From assembly GCA_964637355.1 (NCBI GenBank), contig CAZWVG010000004.1:1517-65516 (forward strand): a DNA stretch of 64,000 nt. Direction: 5' to 3'. How positions within the stretch are numbered: the first letter of the stretch is position 1; the number at the start of each line of letters is the position of its first letter. A program made the translations under genes and the position numbers. The notes beneath the pieces were generated by a model. The model did no database searches. It saw only the letters and a list, made by a program, of their open reading frames with translations, and had not been told where the DNA came from. This DNA comes from an uncultured Gemmatimonadaceae bacterium (GTDB taxonomy: Bacteria > Gemmatimonadota > Gemmatimonadetes > Gemmatimonadales > Gemmatimonadaceae). This document shows, one piece after another, positions 1 through 10,341 of this stretch.

Positions 1-1426
1 CTCCGTCCCCGCAGACGCGCCACCCGCCGCGGCGATGCCCGCGTCGTCCGGCGCAGCGGGAGCCGGAGAACTTCCGGCAGCTGCAAAAGGGCGGCGCGGC
101 AAGGGCGCTGAGCCGGCGCCACCCCCACAGCTCGTCTCGATGGCCACCGACGGCGAGACGTACGGCCATCACCACAAGTTCGCCGAGATGGCGCTGGCGC
201 GCGTCTTCGAGCTCCTCCCGCCGAACGGCGCAATGGTGGAGAACTACGCCTCGTTCCTCGCGCGACACCCCGCGGCACACGACGTAGTGCTTGTCGCTCC
301 GACGGCGTGGAGCTGCGCGCACGGCGTGGAGCGTTGGCGATCGGATTGCGGCTGCCGGAGCGACGGCGGGCGCTACCCGAGCCAGGCCTGGCGCACGCCG
401 CTCCGCGACGGGCTCGCCGCGCTCGCCACGGAGCTGCACGCGATCTTCGAACGAGATGGCGGTCCGCTCATGGGCGACGTCTGGAGCACGCGTGACGCGT
501 ATGGCGCCGCCGTCGGTCGGGGAGCCGACGCGCGCCATGCCTTCGCCGTCGCATCGATGCCCCCGGGCACGCCCCCTAAGTCCCAACAGCGCCTCGCCGA
601 ATTGCTGGAAATGGAGCGCGACGCGCTGCGGATGTTCACCTCGTGCGCCTGGTTCTTCGACGACATCGGCGGAATCGAGCCGCAGCAGGTGCTCAAGTAT
701 GCGGCGCGCGCAATCGCCCTCAGCGGTGACGAGGAACGACTGGCGGCGTCGCTGCGCGAGACGTTGCGGCTGGCGGCGAGCAACGACCACGCAACGGGCA
801 CGGGAGCCGATGTCTTCGACCGGCTGCGCGCGGGCCCCGATGCCGCGGCGCGCACCGCGGCCGCCGCTGGCGCACTCGCCGCACTCGGCATCGCCCCCAA
901 TGAAGAACTTGCCGCCGCTGCGGTTGCCGCCGAGGTGCACGGCGACGAGGTCGTCGTCACCGCGCGCGATACCGGGACATCGCGCCATTTCCGCGTCTCG
1001 GTGATCGAACAGTCGGTGCACGACATCACCTGCGAAGTTGCCGCACTCGAGGAAGAGGGGGGCGAGCGCTGGCGCATCCCGCTCCACGACTTCCCCGAGC
1101 GTCCGCGCCGCGCCGTGCGTCGCGCGCTCCGTCGCGCGCTCCTCCCGCGTGTCCTCACGAGCGAGGAGTTGGAGCAGCTGGCGATGGGGGAAGTGTCTCT
1201 CCGCCAACTCGTCGGCACCGCGCTCGAACGCGCGGTCGGGCGGCTGGCGAGCGGCGATCTCGCCCACGCCCTCGCCGACGTCGAAGGGCTGCTCGACCTC
1301 TTCGAGCAGTTGGAGACCAACGTTCCCTTCGACGTACAAACCACCTTCTGGCGCGTCTGGTCCGCGTCGTCGACGGTCCAGCGCGAGTTGCTCCAGGCGC
1401 TCCGCACTCGGCTCGGCTTCGAATAG
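1..1426 (+). CDS. GH57-family glycoside hydrolase (DUF3536-type C-terminal region), 5'-truncated by the window edge
   Basis: The frame is open from base 2 to the listed Met at 35. 'ATDGETYGHHHKF' and 'FTSCAWFFDDIGGIEPQQ' resemble the GH57 core and DUF3536 region. Recognised from memory only. Confidence 0.6.
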   Translation, partial: SVPADAPPAAAMPASSGAAGAGELPAAAKGRRGKGAEPAPPPQLVSMATDGETYGHHHKFAEMALARVFELLPPNGAMVENYASFLARHPAAHDVVLVAPTAWSCAHGVERWRSDCGCRSDGGRYPSQAWRTPLRDGLAALATELHAIFERDGGPLMGDVWSTRDAYGAAVGRGADARHAFAVASMPPGTPPKSQQRLAELLEMERDALRMFTSCAWFFDDIGGIEPQQVLKYAARAIALSGDEERLAASLRETLRLAASNDHATGTGADVFDRLRAGPDAAARTAAAAGALAALGIAPNEELAAAAVAAEVHGDEVVVTARDTGTSRHFRVSVIEQSVHDITCEVAALEEEGGERWRIPLHDFPERPRRAVRRALRRALLPRVLTSEELEQLAMGEVSLRQLVGTALERAVGRLASGDLAHALADVEGLLDLFEQLETNVPFDVQTTFWRVWSASSTVQRELLQALRTRLGFE

Positions 1427-1547
1427 TTCAGGTCAGCGCACACCCGGTTGCCGGTCGCGTCGGCGGTCAGCGCCGACCGGACGCCGGCGACCATTCATGA
1501 TGAGGTCCAGCGCGTAGCGCTCGCGCCCTTCGGACCCTTCACCGGGG

Positions 1548-2438
1548 ATGACGGATACATCCTTGCGACCTCTCGCCCCTCGAACGATGGCTCCGAACGA
1601 TTCGACCTTCGCGCTCCCCGACGACGCCTGGCTCTCATCGCTCTGCAGCGCGCGCGCGACGTACCAGCTCCCCCTGCGCGCCACGCAACGCGCGGCCGAT
1701 TTCACCGAGTCGGCACTCGATCTCCTCTTTCCGCACTTCGCCAACCAGCTCGACGGCGGGCTCGCGCGCATGCGCGCCGAGGTGACGGGCTTCGCCGAGG
1801 AGTCCGCGACGCTCTTCGCCGACTTCGGGACGGCGTCGAGCGATCGAGCCGCGGCCGAACTGGTGGCTGCGCTCCCAAAGCTCCGCAGCGACCTCATGGC
1901 CGATGCGCAGTTCATCGTCGATTCGGATCCGGCGGCGATGTCGGTCGATGAGGTGATCCTTGCCTATCCCGGCTTCCTCGCCACCGCGAGCTATCGCCTT
2001 GCGCACCTCGTGCGATCGCTCGGCGTTCGGCTCCTCCCGCGCCTCATCACCGAGCACGCGCACCAGCGCACGGGAATCGACATCCATCCCGGCGCCACCA
2101 TCGGCGTCCCGTTCGCCATCGACCACGGGACGGGGATCGTGATCGGCGAGACGGCACACGTCGGCGTGCGGGTGCGCATGTACCAGGGCGTCACGTTAGG
2201 CGCGCTGTCGGTGGAGAAGGCGCTGGCGAGCGCGAAGCGACACCCCACCATCGGCGACGACGCCGTGCTCTACGCGAACGCCACCGTCCTCGGGGGACGA
2301 ACCGTCGTGGGAGCGAAGAGTGTGGTGGGAGGAAACGTCTGGCTCACCCGATCGGTGCCGGACCATACGGTCGTGTACCATCAGCCGATGCAGGAGCGGT
2401 TGAACGAGTCGCCCGAGCTCGAGGTGTTCTACCCCTGA
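1548..2438 (+). CDS. cysE: serine O-acetyltransferase (left-handed beta-helix, hexapeptide repeats)
   Basis: 'GIDIHPGATIGVPFAIDHGTGIVIGETAHVG...IGDDAVLYANATVLGG' is the typical SAT/EpsC hexapeptide core. Confidence 0.85.
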   Translation: MTDTSLRPLAPRTMAPNDSTFALPDDAWLSSLCSARATYQLPLRATQRAADFTESALDLLFPHFANQLDGGLARMRAEVTGFAEESATLFADFGTASSDRAAAELVAALPKLRSDLMADAQFIVDSDPAAMSVDEVILAYPGFLATASYRLAHLVRSLGVRLLPRLITEHAHQRTGIDIHPGATIGVPFAIDHGTGIVIGETAHVGVRVRMYQGVTLGALSVEKALASAKRHPTIGDDAVLYANATVLGGRTVVGAKSVVGGNVWLTRSVPDHTVVYHQPMQERLNESPELEVFYP

Positions 2439-2452
2439 GTCCCCCGGTCATT

Positions 2453-2499
2453 CCCTCAACACTTGATTCAATCAGATGTTGAGGGTATGATCGGGCATG
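2453..2499 (+). promoter_or_regulatory. sigma70-like promoter with an overlapping palindrome upstream of padR; probably a leaderless transcript
   Basis: TTGATT (2463-2468), 17-nt spacer, TATGAT (2486-2491), then 5 nt to the ATG at 2497. A perfect 9-bp inverted repeat, CCCTCAACA (2453-2461) / TGTTGAGGG (2477-2485), brackets the -35 and the spacer. Confidence 0.5.
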
Positions 2500-2847
2500 G
2501 CCCAACCCGAACTCGACCTCCTGCAGGGGACGCTCGACGTCCTCGTCCTCCGCGCCCTGTCGTGGGGGACGATGCACGGCTATGCCGTCGCGCGCTTCAT
2601 TCGTGAGGGTTCCGACGGGAGCTTCCGCATCCTCGACGGGGCGCTCTACACCTCGCTGCACCGCATGGAGGAGCGCGGGTGGATCTCCTCGTCGTGGGGG
2701 CTCTCCGACCGCGGGAAGCGCGCCAAGTTCTACCAACTCACCGCAGCAGGGCGCAAGGCGTTGCGCGCCGAGTCGGCGTCGTGGGAGCAGTACGTCGCCG
2801 CGGTGGCCAAGGTAATGAACGCCGCTCCCACTCCCTCGCCCACCTGA
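2497..2847 (+). CDS. PadR-family transcriptional regulator
   Basis: 'LDVLVLRALSWGTMHGYAVARFI...LYTSLHRMEERGWISS' is a winged-helix PadR signature. The gene lies directly upstream of an ADOP permease, the classic pairing. Confidence 0.9.
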   Translation: MAQPELDLLQGTLDVLVLRALSWGTMHGYAVARFIREGSDGSFRILDGALYTSLHRMEERGWISSSWGLSDRGKRAKFYQLTAAGRKALRAESASWEQYVAAVAKVMNAAPTPSPT

Positions 2848-2864
2848 CGCGCCGTCGCTGACCC

Positions 2865-5576
2865 ATGGACTCCGACTCGCGCCCTCCGTTCTGGCGTCGC
2901 TACCTGCGATTCCTGCGCCCCGACACCGACGCCGACATCGACGACGAGCTGTCGTTTCACCTGGCGGAGCGTATCGAGGCGCTGCGAGCAGACGGCGTGG
3001 ACGATCATGAAGCGCGAACGCGAGCGCTCGCCGAGTTCGGCGATGTGCGCGCCGTGCGCCAGTCGCTGCAGGTGATCGACCGCCGCATGGACCAGCGCCG
3101 TGCGCGTGGCGAGTGGCTGGCGAACGCCATCACTCGCATGCGGCACGCACTGCGCGTCCTGCTTCGTCAACCCGGATTCACCGTCCCCGCGGTGGTCACG
3201 CTCGCGCTCGGCCTCGCCTCGACCGTCGCGATCTACACCCTGCTCGACACGATCGTGTTGCGCGCGCTCCCGTTCCCCCGCGCCGACCGCCTCGTCGCGC
3301 TCTCGTCACCGATGCCCAAACTCGATGACACATGGGGGATCGCGCGGCACCAGCTCTTCTACTACAAGGAGAATGCGCGGTCGATCGAGGACATGGCACT
3401 CTACCGGCGGAACGAGGCCACGCTGACCGGCGATGGTACGACGCAGTATTCGGAGCGCGTGCGCACTGCCGTGGTGAGTGCGGGCATCTTCGACGTCCTC
3501 GGCATCGTCCCCGAGTTCGGGCGCGTGCTTACGCCGGCCGACAATCTCGAGCGCACGCCGGCGAGCGTCGTCCTCTCGCATGCACTCTGGACGCGGCGCT
3601 TCGGCGGCGATCGCACGATCGTCGGGCGCACCATCGACGTCGAGGGGCTCTCGCTGTCGGTCGTTGGGATAGCGCCGCCCACCGCGCAGTTGCCCGAGGG
3701 ACCCGTCGACCTCTGGCTCCCGGACTACGTCGATCCCGCGGCGGCAGCGCAGAACAACCATGTGCGTGCGGCTGTCGCGCTCCTGCGCCCGGGGTACACC
3801 GCCGAGTCGGCGGAGCGCGATATCGCCCCGCTCGTACCGCGCATGGAAGAGGTCTTCCCCTCGGCGTATCCGAATCACTGGATCACCAACTCCGGTTTCC
3901 GCACCGCCGTCGTGCCGCTGCGCGACGACGTGGTGGGGCGTACGGTGATGCGCACGCTCTGGATCCTGCTGGCCGGCGTGCTCTTCGTGCTCGTGGTGGC
4001 GCTGGCGAACGTCGCCAACCTCCTCCTCGTGCGCGCCGACGGGCGGCGGCGCGAGGTGCTGGTGCGATCGGCGTTAGGCGCCCGTCGTGGCGACCTGCTG
4101 GCGTTGCACGTGACCGACGCGGTGGTGGTGACGGTCGTTGCCGGACTCGTGGCCTTCGTGCTCGTCCGTCTCGCGCTCGGCGCGCTTTCGTGGCTCGCGC
4201 CGCAGGGAATCCCGCGGCTCGCCGAGCTGCACGTCGGCCCTGGAACCGCCGCGCTCATGCTGACGCTCTCGCTGGCGCTTGGGCTCGTCCTTGGCGTCCT
4301 GACCGCCCGGGCCACGCGTGGGGAACAGGATCATGCCGCGCTCCGCGATGCGTCGCGTGGGCTCACCCTCACGCGCCGACAGGTGGGCGTGCGCGGGGCG
4401 CTCGTCGTGGCGCAGGTCGCGCTCGCGGTGGTGCTGCTCGCCGGCGCCGGGTTGATGCTGCGCTCCTTCCAGAAGCTGCGCGCGGTAAACCCCGGTTTTG
4501 TGGCTGACGGGGTGACCACCATGGAAGTCGCACTCCCCTCGGCGCGCTACGACGACGTACAGCGGGTGAGTGACTTCCATGAGCAGCTGGTGGCGGCCGT
4601 GCGCGCGATCCCCGGTGTGCAGGACGCAAGCCTCGTAGAACAGCTCCCGCTTACCGGGCGATCGGGGTGCACCGGGGTCTTGACCAACCAGCCCGGTGCA
4701 ACTGGTCGCAACGAGCAGTGCGTGACCACGCTGCAGGTGGCGCCTGGCTACTTCGAGGCGATGCGCATCCCGGTGCGGGGCGCTGCGAGCACATGGGACG
4801 ACCTGCATCGCGCTTCGGCCGGTGCCGTGGTCACCAGCGCACTCGCCGAGGTGTTGTGGCCGGGGGAGAATCCGCTCGGGCGGACGATTCGCTGCTGCAG
4901 CGAAGGGAGCGGGTGGTTCAGGGTGACAGGAGTGGTCGACAAACTGTACGATGCTGGCGTCGACGCGCCACAAATGCAGGCCGTCTTCTTCCCGCTCGTT
5001 CCCGTCCCGGGCGCCGACCTGCAGTGGCTTGCACGCAATGTGAGCCTGGTGGTGCGGGCCCCGGGGCTCGCCCCGGCCGACCTCTTCCCGCTCGTGCAGC
5101 GTGAGGTGGGGCGCCTCGACCCGCAGGTCCCGGTGACCGGCGCGCGAGCGCTCGCCGATGTCGTCGCCGCGTCGATGGCCAATCGCACCTTCACGCTCTA
5201 CCTGCTCGCGGCAGCCGCGGCGATCGCCGTTCTGCTCAGCGCCGTTGGTCTCTACGCCGTGATCTCGTACGTGGTCGGCCATCGACTCGGTGAGATCGGG
5301 ATCCGGATGGCACTCGGTGCGCGGACGACGCAGGTGGCTCGGCTGGTGGTGGGGCAGTCGCTCGCGCTGGCGTTGACTGGCGTGGTCCTGGGCGTCGGCG
5401 GTGCGCTCGCGACGACGCGCGTGCTGGGGGCGCTGCTGTATCAGGTGCAACCGCGCGACCCGCTGGTGCTCGCCGCGGTCTCGGCGATGCTGGTGACAAT
5501 CGCTGTGGTGGCGAGCCTGGCGCCGACATGGCGGGCGGCGCACGTGGATCCGGCGCTGGCGCTCCGGGGAGAATAG
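2865..5576 (+). CDS. ADOP-type ABC transporter permease (MacB-like periplasmic core plus duplicated FtsX domains)
   Basis: 903 aa. The N-terminal 'ELSFHLAERIEAL...EFGDVRAV' leader and two FtsX-like TM bundles are present. The architecture is typical of acidobacterial/gemmatimonad duplicated orphan permeases. Confidence 0.85.
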   Translation: MDSDSRPPFWRRYLRFLRPDTDADIDDELSFHLAERIEALRADGVDDHEARTRALAEFGDVRAVRQSLQVIDRRMDQRRARGEWLANAITRMRHALRVLLRQPGFTVPAVVTLALGLASTVAIYTLLDTIVLRALPFPRADRLVALSSPMPKLDDTWGIARHQLFYYKENARSIEDMALYRRNEATLTGDGTTQYSERVRTAVVSAGIFDVLGIVPEFGRVLTPADNLERTPASVVLSHALWTRRFGGDRTIVGRTIDVEGLSLSVVGIAPPTAQLPEGPVDLWLPDYVDPAAAAQNNHVRAAVALLRPGYTAESAERDIAPLVPRMEEVFPSAYPNHWITNSGFRTAVVPLRDDVVGRTVMRTLWILLAGVLFVLVVALANVANLLLVRADGRRREVLVRSALGARRGDLLALHVTDAVVVTVVAGLVAFVLVRLALGALSWLAPQGIPRLAELHVGPGTAALMLTLSLALGLVLGVLTARATRGEQDHAALRDASRGLTLTRRQVGVRGALVVAQVALAVVLLAGAGLMLRSFQKLRAVNPGFVADGVTTMEVALPSARYDDVQRVSDFHEQLVAAVRAIPGVQDASLVEQLPLTGRSGCTGVLTNQPGATGRNEQCVTTLQVAPGYFEAMRIPVRGAASTWDDLHRASAGAVVTSALAEVLWPGENPLGRTIRCCSEGSGWFRVTGVVDKLYDAGVDAPQMQAVFFPLVPVPGADLQWLARNVSLVVRAPGLAPADLFPLVQREVGRLDPQVPVTGARALADVVAASMANRTFTLYLLAAAAAIAVLLSAVGLYAVISYVVGHRLGEIGIRMALGARTTQVARLVVGQSLALALTGVVLGVGGALATTRVLGALLYQVQPRDPLVLAAVSAMLVTIAVVASLAPTWRAAHVDPALALRGE

Positions 5577-5620
5577 CGGGGAAGAGGGGGCGACGGACGA
5601 GTGGTTCGACCGTGCGGCCG

Positions 5621-8326
5621 CTATTCCACCTCGGCCAGGGCGGCCGCCGAGCGAACCTCTTCGTCTCGCCCGAGGGTTTTCCACTGTTGCAACAGCGCGG
5701 CGAACTGCAGCGCCGGGACTGGGCGAGAGAAGAAATAGCCCTGGCCGAGCGCGCACCCTAACGATTGAAGCCAGGCAAGCTGTTCGCGCGATTCGATCCC
5801 CTCGGCAAGCGTGCGCATCGACAGGCTCTGGCCCATTGCGACGATTGCCCGCGTCACGCCCGCCTGCGACGTGTCTTCCCGCTCCCAGCTCACGAAGCTC
5901 TTGTCGACCTTGAGCACGTCGATGGGGAATCGTCGCAGGTAGGAGAGCGCCGAATATCCCGTGCCGAAGTCGTCGAGCGCAATGCGCACACCAAGCGCGC
6001 GCAGCGCCTGCAGTCGCTCGGCGAGTTCGCCATCGTTGGCGACGAGCACACTTTCGGTCAGCTCGATCGCCAGCACACTCCCATCGACGCCGGCGCCGGC
6101 CAGCGCCGTCGTCACGTCGTCGATCAGTCGAGCGTCGTGGAACTGTCGCGCCGACACGTTGACGGCGACCCGAAAGTGCACCGATGGGTCGGCGAGTTCG
6201 ACAAATCGGCGCGCGTCACGCATCGCGTGCTGCAGCACCACCCGTCCGATCGCGACGATCAGGTCGGTCTCTTCGGCGATGGCGATGAAGCGACCCGGGA
6301 GAACGAGCCCCCGTTCGGGATGGTTCCACCTGACGAGCGCCTCGGCGCCGGTCACCTGCCCGCTTCGCAGGTCGATCACCGGCTGATAGGCGAGCTCGAA
6401 CTCCTCGTGCTCGAGTGCGCGGCGTAACCCCGCCTCGATGTGATGCCGCTCGGCGATCTCCGCGCGCATCGTGCTCGAGAACAATTCGACGCGACTTCGT
6501 CCCGAAGCCTTCGCACCATACATCGCCACGTCGGCGTCGGTGAGCACTTCGTGCGCGTCCTGATGGTCGGCGGCCCACGCAATGCCGATGCTCGCGCGCA
6601 CGGAGACCTCGCGATCGCCCAGGCGCACCGGTGGTTGCAGCGCCTCCTGAATGCGGGCCGCGGCAGCTTCTGCTTCTTCGGGACGCTGCAGATCCTCGAG
6701 CAGGATCGCGAACTCGTCACCGCCGAGGCGCGCGACCGTGTCTTCGCTCCGCAGTGCCCCCTGGAGACGATTGGCAACCGACACGAGCAGCGCATCGCCG
6801 CGCGCATGGCCGAGCGAGTCGTTCACGATCTTGAAGTGATCGAGATCGATGAGGAGTACCGCCACCGCGCCGGCGTGCCGCTGGCGTCGAGCGAGCGCGT
6901 GCGACAAGCGATCGCCAAAGAGGCGACGATTCCCCAGTCCGGTGAGCGGATCACGAAGGGCCTGATCGATCAGCTGCACCTCGAGCGCCTTGCGCTCGGA
7001 GATGTCGCGTCCGTTCACCACCAGACCGCCGATCGACGGTTCATGGAGGAGGTTCGCACCGACCGATTCGACCCATCGCCATTCTCCGCGCGAGTCGCGC
7101 AGCCGGACGACCATCGACTCGCGCGGCGTTTCGCCGTCGAGGAGTCGCTGCATGCGCTTGCACGCTTCGGGCGCATCGTCACGGTGAATCTCCTTCGTGA
7201 TGTCGCGACCGATGAGGAGTTCGGGAGGGATGCCGAGCACGTCGAGGTGCGATGGGCTCGCGTACCGGATCGTGAAATCGCGCCCAATGATCAACAGCAT
7301 GTCCGAGCCATGGCGCACGAGCGCGGCGAGCCGGGCGTCGGATTGGGCGAGGAGGCGTTCCTTCTGGAGCGCCATCACTTCGTGCAGGGAGAGGAGCTGG
7401 CGCGCCAGCACGAGCGTCATCTGCACGCCGAGGGCAACGCTCAGCACGATGGCGGTGCGACGCTCGTCGAGCAGGACGGCCACCAGCAGCAGGGCGTAGC
7501 ACGCCACCACCAGGAAGTACGGGAGCCGCGCGACGCGCGCACGTCGCGACGGCTCCCGTGTCGGGAGGGTCGCGTGGGCGGCGCCGAAGCCGACGGCCGC
7601 CCACGAGCCGTACCACGCTGCGGCGACGAACCAGGGCGACGATTGCGTGACGCTGGATGGAAGCGCGTACCACGCGTCGCCGAAGAGTCCGAAGAGCAAG
7701 GATATGCCCAGGGCCTGCGCCCACACGGGAAGGCCTTGGGTATCGCGGCGTACCCAGAGCAACGCGAGGCCGATCAGCGTCGCCAGGTCCACGAGCGGAG
7801 AGAGAAGGAGCACCGCGTCGCGCCACTCGTGCATCGGACGAACCTCTCCCCCGGCGAAACTCACCGTCGCCACGACCAGCGTCGCCGCCGACGTGGCCAG
7901 GATGGAGGCGTCGAGGATGGTGCGCACGAGCTCCGGCCAACCGCTCGGTGCACGCCATCCGCGAAAGAGACCCACCAGCACCAACACCGCGAACAGGACG
8001 TTGCCGAGATCGGCGATTCCTGAATCGAGTGTGCGTCCAGAGAGCCAGGCGACGTACCACGCGGCGTCGTAGGCGAAGAATCCGACGATCCCGACAAGGA
8101 TCCACCCCCACGTTCCGCTAGGGTCGTACCGTCGGCGTCTCCACCAGGCGCGCACCCCCGCCGCCAGTGTGACGAGCGTGAGCAGCGACGAATGGCCATA
8201 CAACGGGTCGAACACGTCGCGGGGGAGGAGCAACGACGCGAGCGCGCCCAGGATCGCAATGGCGACGCCTGCGCGCGCCACCAGGATCCAACCCCGATCG
8301 GAGGCGTCAGCAGCTGCAACTTGCAT
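5621..8326 (-). CDS. membrane-anchored PAS-GGDEF-EAL cyclic-di-GMP turnover protein
   Basis: Multi-TM N-terminus, a PAS-like segment, 'RLGGDEFAIL' (GGDEF), and 'EALVRW...DDFGTGYS' (EAL). Confidence 0.9.
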   Translation of the reverse strand: MQVAAADASDRGWILVARAGVAIAILGALASLLLPRDVFDPLYGHSSLLTLVTLAAGVRAWWRRRRYDPSGTWGWILVGIVGFFAYDAAWYVAWLSGRTLDSGIADLGNVLFAVLVLVGLFRGWRAPSGWPELVRTILDASILATSAATLVVATVSFAGGEVRPMHEWRDAVLLLSPLVDLATLIGLALLWVRRDTQGLPVWAQALGISLLFGLFGDAWYALPSSVTQSSPWFVAAAWYGSWAAVGFGAAHATLPTREPSRRARVARLPYFLVVACYALLLVAVLLDERRTAIVLSVALGVQMTLVLARQLLSLHEVMALQKERLLAQSDARLAALVRHGSDMLLIIGRDFTIRYASPSHLDVLGIPPELLIGRDITKEIHRDDAPEACKRMQRLLDGETPRESMVVRLRDSRGEWRWVESVGANLLHEPSIGGLVVNGRDISERKALEVQLIDQALRDPLTGLGNRRLFGDRLSHALARRQRHAGAVAVLLIDLDHFKIVNDSLGHARGDALLVSVANRLQGALRSEDTVARLGGDEFAILLEDLQRPEEAEAAAARIQEALQPPVRLGDREVSVRASIGIAWAADHQDAHEVLTDADVAMYGAKASGRSRVELFSSTMRAEIAERHHIEAGLRRALEHEEFELAYQPVIDLRSGQVTGAEALVRWNHPERGLVLPGRFIAIAEETDLIVAIGRVVLQHAMRDARRFVELADPSVHFRVAVNVSARQFHDARLIDDVTTALAGAGVDGSVLAIELTESVLVANDGELAERLQALRALGVRIALDDFGTGYSALSYLRRFPIDVLKVDKSFVSWEREDTSQAGVTRAIVAMGQSLSMRTLAEGIESREQLAWLQSLGCALGQGYFFSRPVPALQFAALLQQWKTLGRDEEVRSAAALAEVE

Positions 8327-8455
8327 GTCCTCGCGAGTATCGGCAGCGGGGATGCGTAGTCGAAGCGTCGGTTGACGATCGCCAGGAGGCTACGACTATC
8401 GGGCTGCCGACATTCGGCGCAAGTTGGCATCCCGCGTCGCCCCAACGAGGTCAGA

Positions 8456-9622
8456 ATGACCGAATCGCCCGCACCTTCGAGCCTTGATCGCCGCGCCTTC
8501 CTTGCCAGCTCCGTGGCTATTGCCGCGTCTGGGCGGGGGGCGCTCTCTCGTATCGCGCTCCCCAATCACGGCGTAGGCGCGGCCGATGCGCCAGCCGCGA
8601 GCTGGCCCGGCTACGACAAAGCCACCGTCATCGACTTCCTCTCCAGCCCCGGCTACTTCAACTACCCGCTCAACCCTCCGCTCGACGATGCGATGGTTGC
8701 GCACGCCGTGCATTCGGGAATCACCGCCTGCAACCTCACCGTCAGCAGCAGCGGTTTCGCCGACACGGTCGAGAACATCGCGCGCTGGATGACGCGTATC
8801 GAGCAGCGACCGAAGGCATTCCGGCAGGTGCGCACCGTCGCCGACATCGCCGACGCCAAGGCGACGGGGCGGCTCGGCGTGGTGCTCGGCTTTCAGGACA
8901 CGGTCCCCTTCGAGGGGCGCATCGAAAACGTCGAGATCTTCCGCAACCTTGGCGTCCGCGTCACGCAACTCACCTACAACGTGCGCAACCTCGTGGGTGA
9001 CGGCTGTCTCGAACCGGCAAACGGCGGTTTGTCGCGCTTCGGTCGCTCCGTCGTGGAACGAATGAACGAGGTGGGGATGCTGGTCGACCTGAGTCACTGC
9101 GGACAGAAGACCACCGCCGAGGGGATCGCGGTATCGAAGCTCCCGGTGTCGATCACGCATAGCGGGTGCAATGCCGTCGCGCGCCACCCGCGCTCCAAGG
9201 ACGACGCCGAATTGCGCGCGCTGTCGCAGAAGGGCGGGGTGATCGGCATCTACCTCATGCCCTTCCTCTCACCCGGGCGCGTCCCCACGCGCAACGACGT
9301 CCTCGACCACATCGAGCACGCCATCAACGTGTGCGGTGAAGACCATGTAGGTATCGGGAGCGACCTCTCCACGACGCCGATCGATGGCTCGGGGGACTAC
9401 GTGACGCGGCACCGCGAGTTCGTTGCCGGCCGCATCGCCAAGGGGATCGCCGCGCCTAACGAAGATCCCGACATCCTGTTCACCGTACCGGAGCTCAACA
9501 ACGACCGGCGCCTGGAGCTGATCGCGGAAGGGATGGCGGGGCGAGGGCATGGGAGTGCGCGGATCGCGAAGGTGATCGGGGGGAATTGGCTGCGGCTGTT
9601 TGGGGAGACGTGGGTGGCGTGA
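8456..9622 (+). CDS. membrane dipeptidase, peptidase family M19, with a Tat signal
   Basis: The internal ATG at 8456 gives 'MTESPAPSSLDRRAFLASSVAIAA' (twin-arginine signal). 'MLVDLSHCG' and 'HVGIGSD' are renal-dipeptidase-like motifs. Confidence 0.8.
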   Translation: MTESPAPSSLDRRAFLASSVAIAASGRGALSRIALPNHGVGAADAPAASWPGYDKATVIDFLSSPGYFNYPLNPPLDDAMVAHAVHSGITACNLTVSSSGFADTVENIARWMTRIEQRPKAFRQVRTVADIADAKATGRLGVVLGFQDTVPFEGRIENVEIFRNLGVRVTQLTYNVRNLVGDGCLEPANGGLSRFGRSVVERMNEVGMLVDLSHCGQKTTAEGIAVSKLPVSITHSGCNAVARHPRSKDDAELRALSQKGGVIGIYLMPFLSPGRVPTRNDVLDHIEHAINVCGEDHVGIGSDLSTTPIDGSGDYVTRHREFVAGRIAKGIAAPNEDPDILFTVPELNNDRRLELIAEGMAGRGHGSARIAKVIGGNWLRLFGETWVA

Positions 9623-9667
9623 GGGAGAAGGGAGAGCGAACGGTCTCCCGCGTGCTTCTCCGCTCAC
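9619..9667. terminator. putative bidirectional terminator hairpin between convergent genes
   Basis: GTGAGGGAGAAG (9619-9630) pairs with CTTCTCC-g-CTCAC (9655-9667), 12 bp with one bulge. There is an inner 5-bp stem. No U-tract. Confidence 0.4.
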
Positions 9668-9680
9668 GCGCCCCACGCAC

Positions 9681-10340
9681 TCACGCCGCACACTGCTGCG
9701 TCGGCACCTGGTAGTCGCACGAGCAGTGCCCCGACCGGCAGTGCATCTCCGACGCTGACTTGTGCCGCGCGCACTTCCAGCACTGCGCCACGTCGCGCTC
9801 GGTGTCCGCGAGCCCGAGGAGGCGCGATGCTTCGGCGCCACCACCGGGTCTCAGGTCCTTCACCACCGGCGTCCCCGCGTCATCGAACGAGAGCTCCGCG
9901 ACCAGCGCGAACCCCGCCTTCAGGATGCCGGCGCCCGACGCGTGGTTTTCCGGGGCATACGCGATCCAGAGGCGTTCGGACTCACTCGACTCGGCCGTGG
10001 CAATCTCCTCGAGCAACCGCGGGTAGATGCCGCGCCCGCGAAAGGCTGGGAGCGTGACGAAGTTCCACAGGTAGCGATCGCCGCGCGGGATGGAGAACTC
10101 GACCTTGAGCTCACCGATTGTCGCCGATTCCGTGGCGACCCATCCCCACGCTGCCGCCTCGCCATCGATCCACGCGACGTAGGCGCGATGTCCCTGATCG
10201 AGCCGGCGTTCGATCTCCCCAACGCTGCGTTGCTGCAAGGCGGCCATCACCTCGGCGCTGTGTTCGCGCCTCACGGCGAGCCCGCGCAGCGCGGGGAGCG
10301 ACTCGTGGGCATCGTCCCGGTGGCGAAGTGCAATCGGCAT
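9681..10340 (-). CDS. GNAT-family N-acetyltransferase with a Cys-rich C-terminal tail
   Basis: 'FVTLPAFRGRGIYPRLL' is the acetyl-CoA loop. The tail is 'CWKCARHKSASEMHCRSGHCSCDYQVPTQQC'. The start is taken at the ATG at 10340, 1 nt after the upstream stop. Confidence 0.75.
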   Translation of the reverse strand: MPIALRHRDDAHESLPALRGLAVRREHSAEVMAALQQRSVGEIERRLDQGHRAYVAWIDGEAAAWGWVATESATIGELKVEFSIPRGDRYLWNFVTLPAFRGRGIYPRLLEEIATAESSESERLWIAYAPENHASGAGILKAGFALVAELSFDDAGTPVVKDLRPGGGAEASRLLGLADTERDVAQCWKCARHKSASEMHCRSGHCSCDYQVPTQQCAA

Positions 10341-10341
10341 C

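Noticed and set aside
5571-5626. 9-bp inverted repeat GAATAGCGG/CCGCTATTC spanning both convergent stop codons
   Set aside because: The 38-nt loop makes a poor terminator. The match is largely the two stop codons plus GC context.
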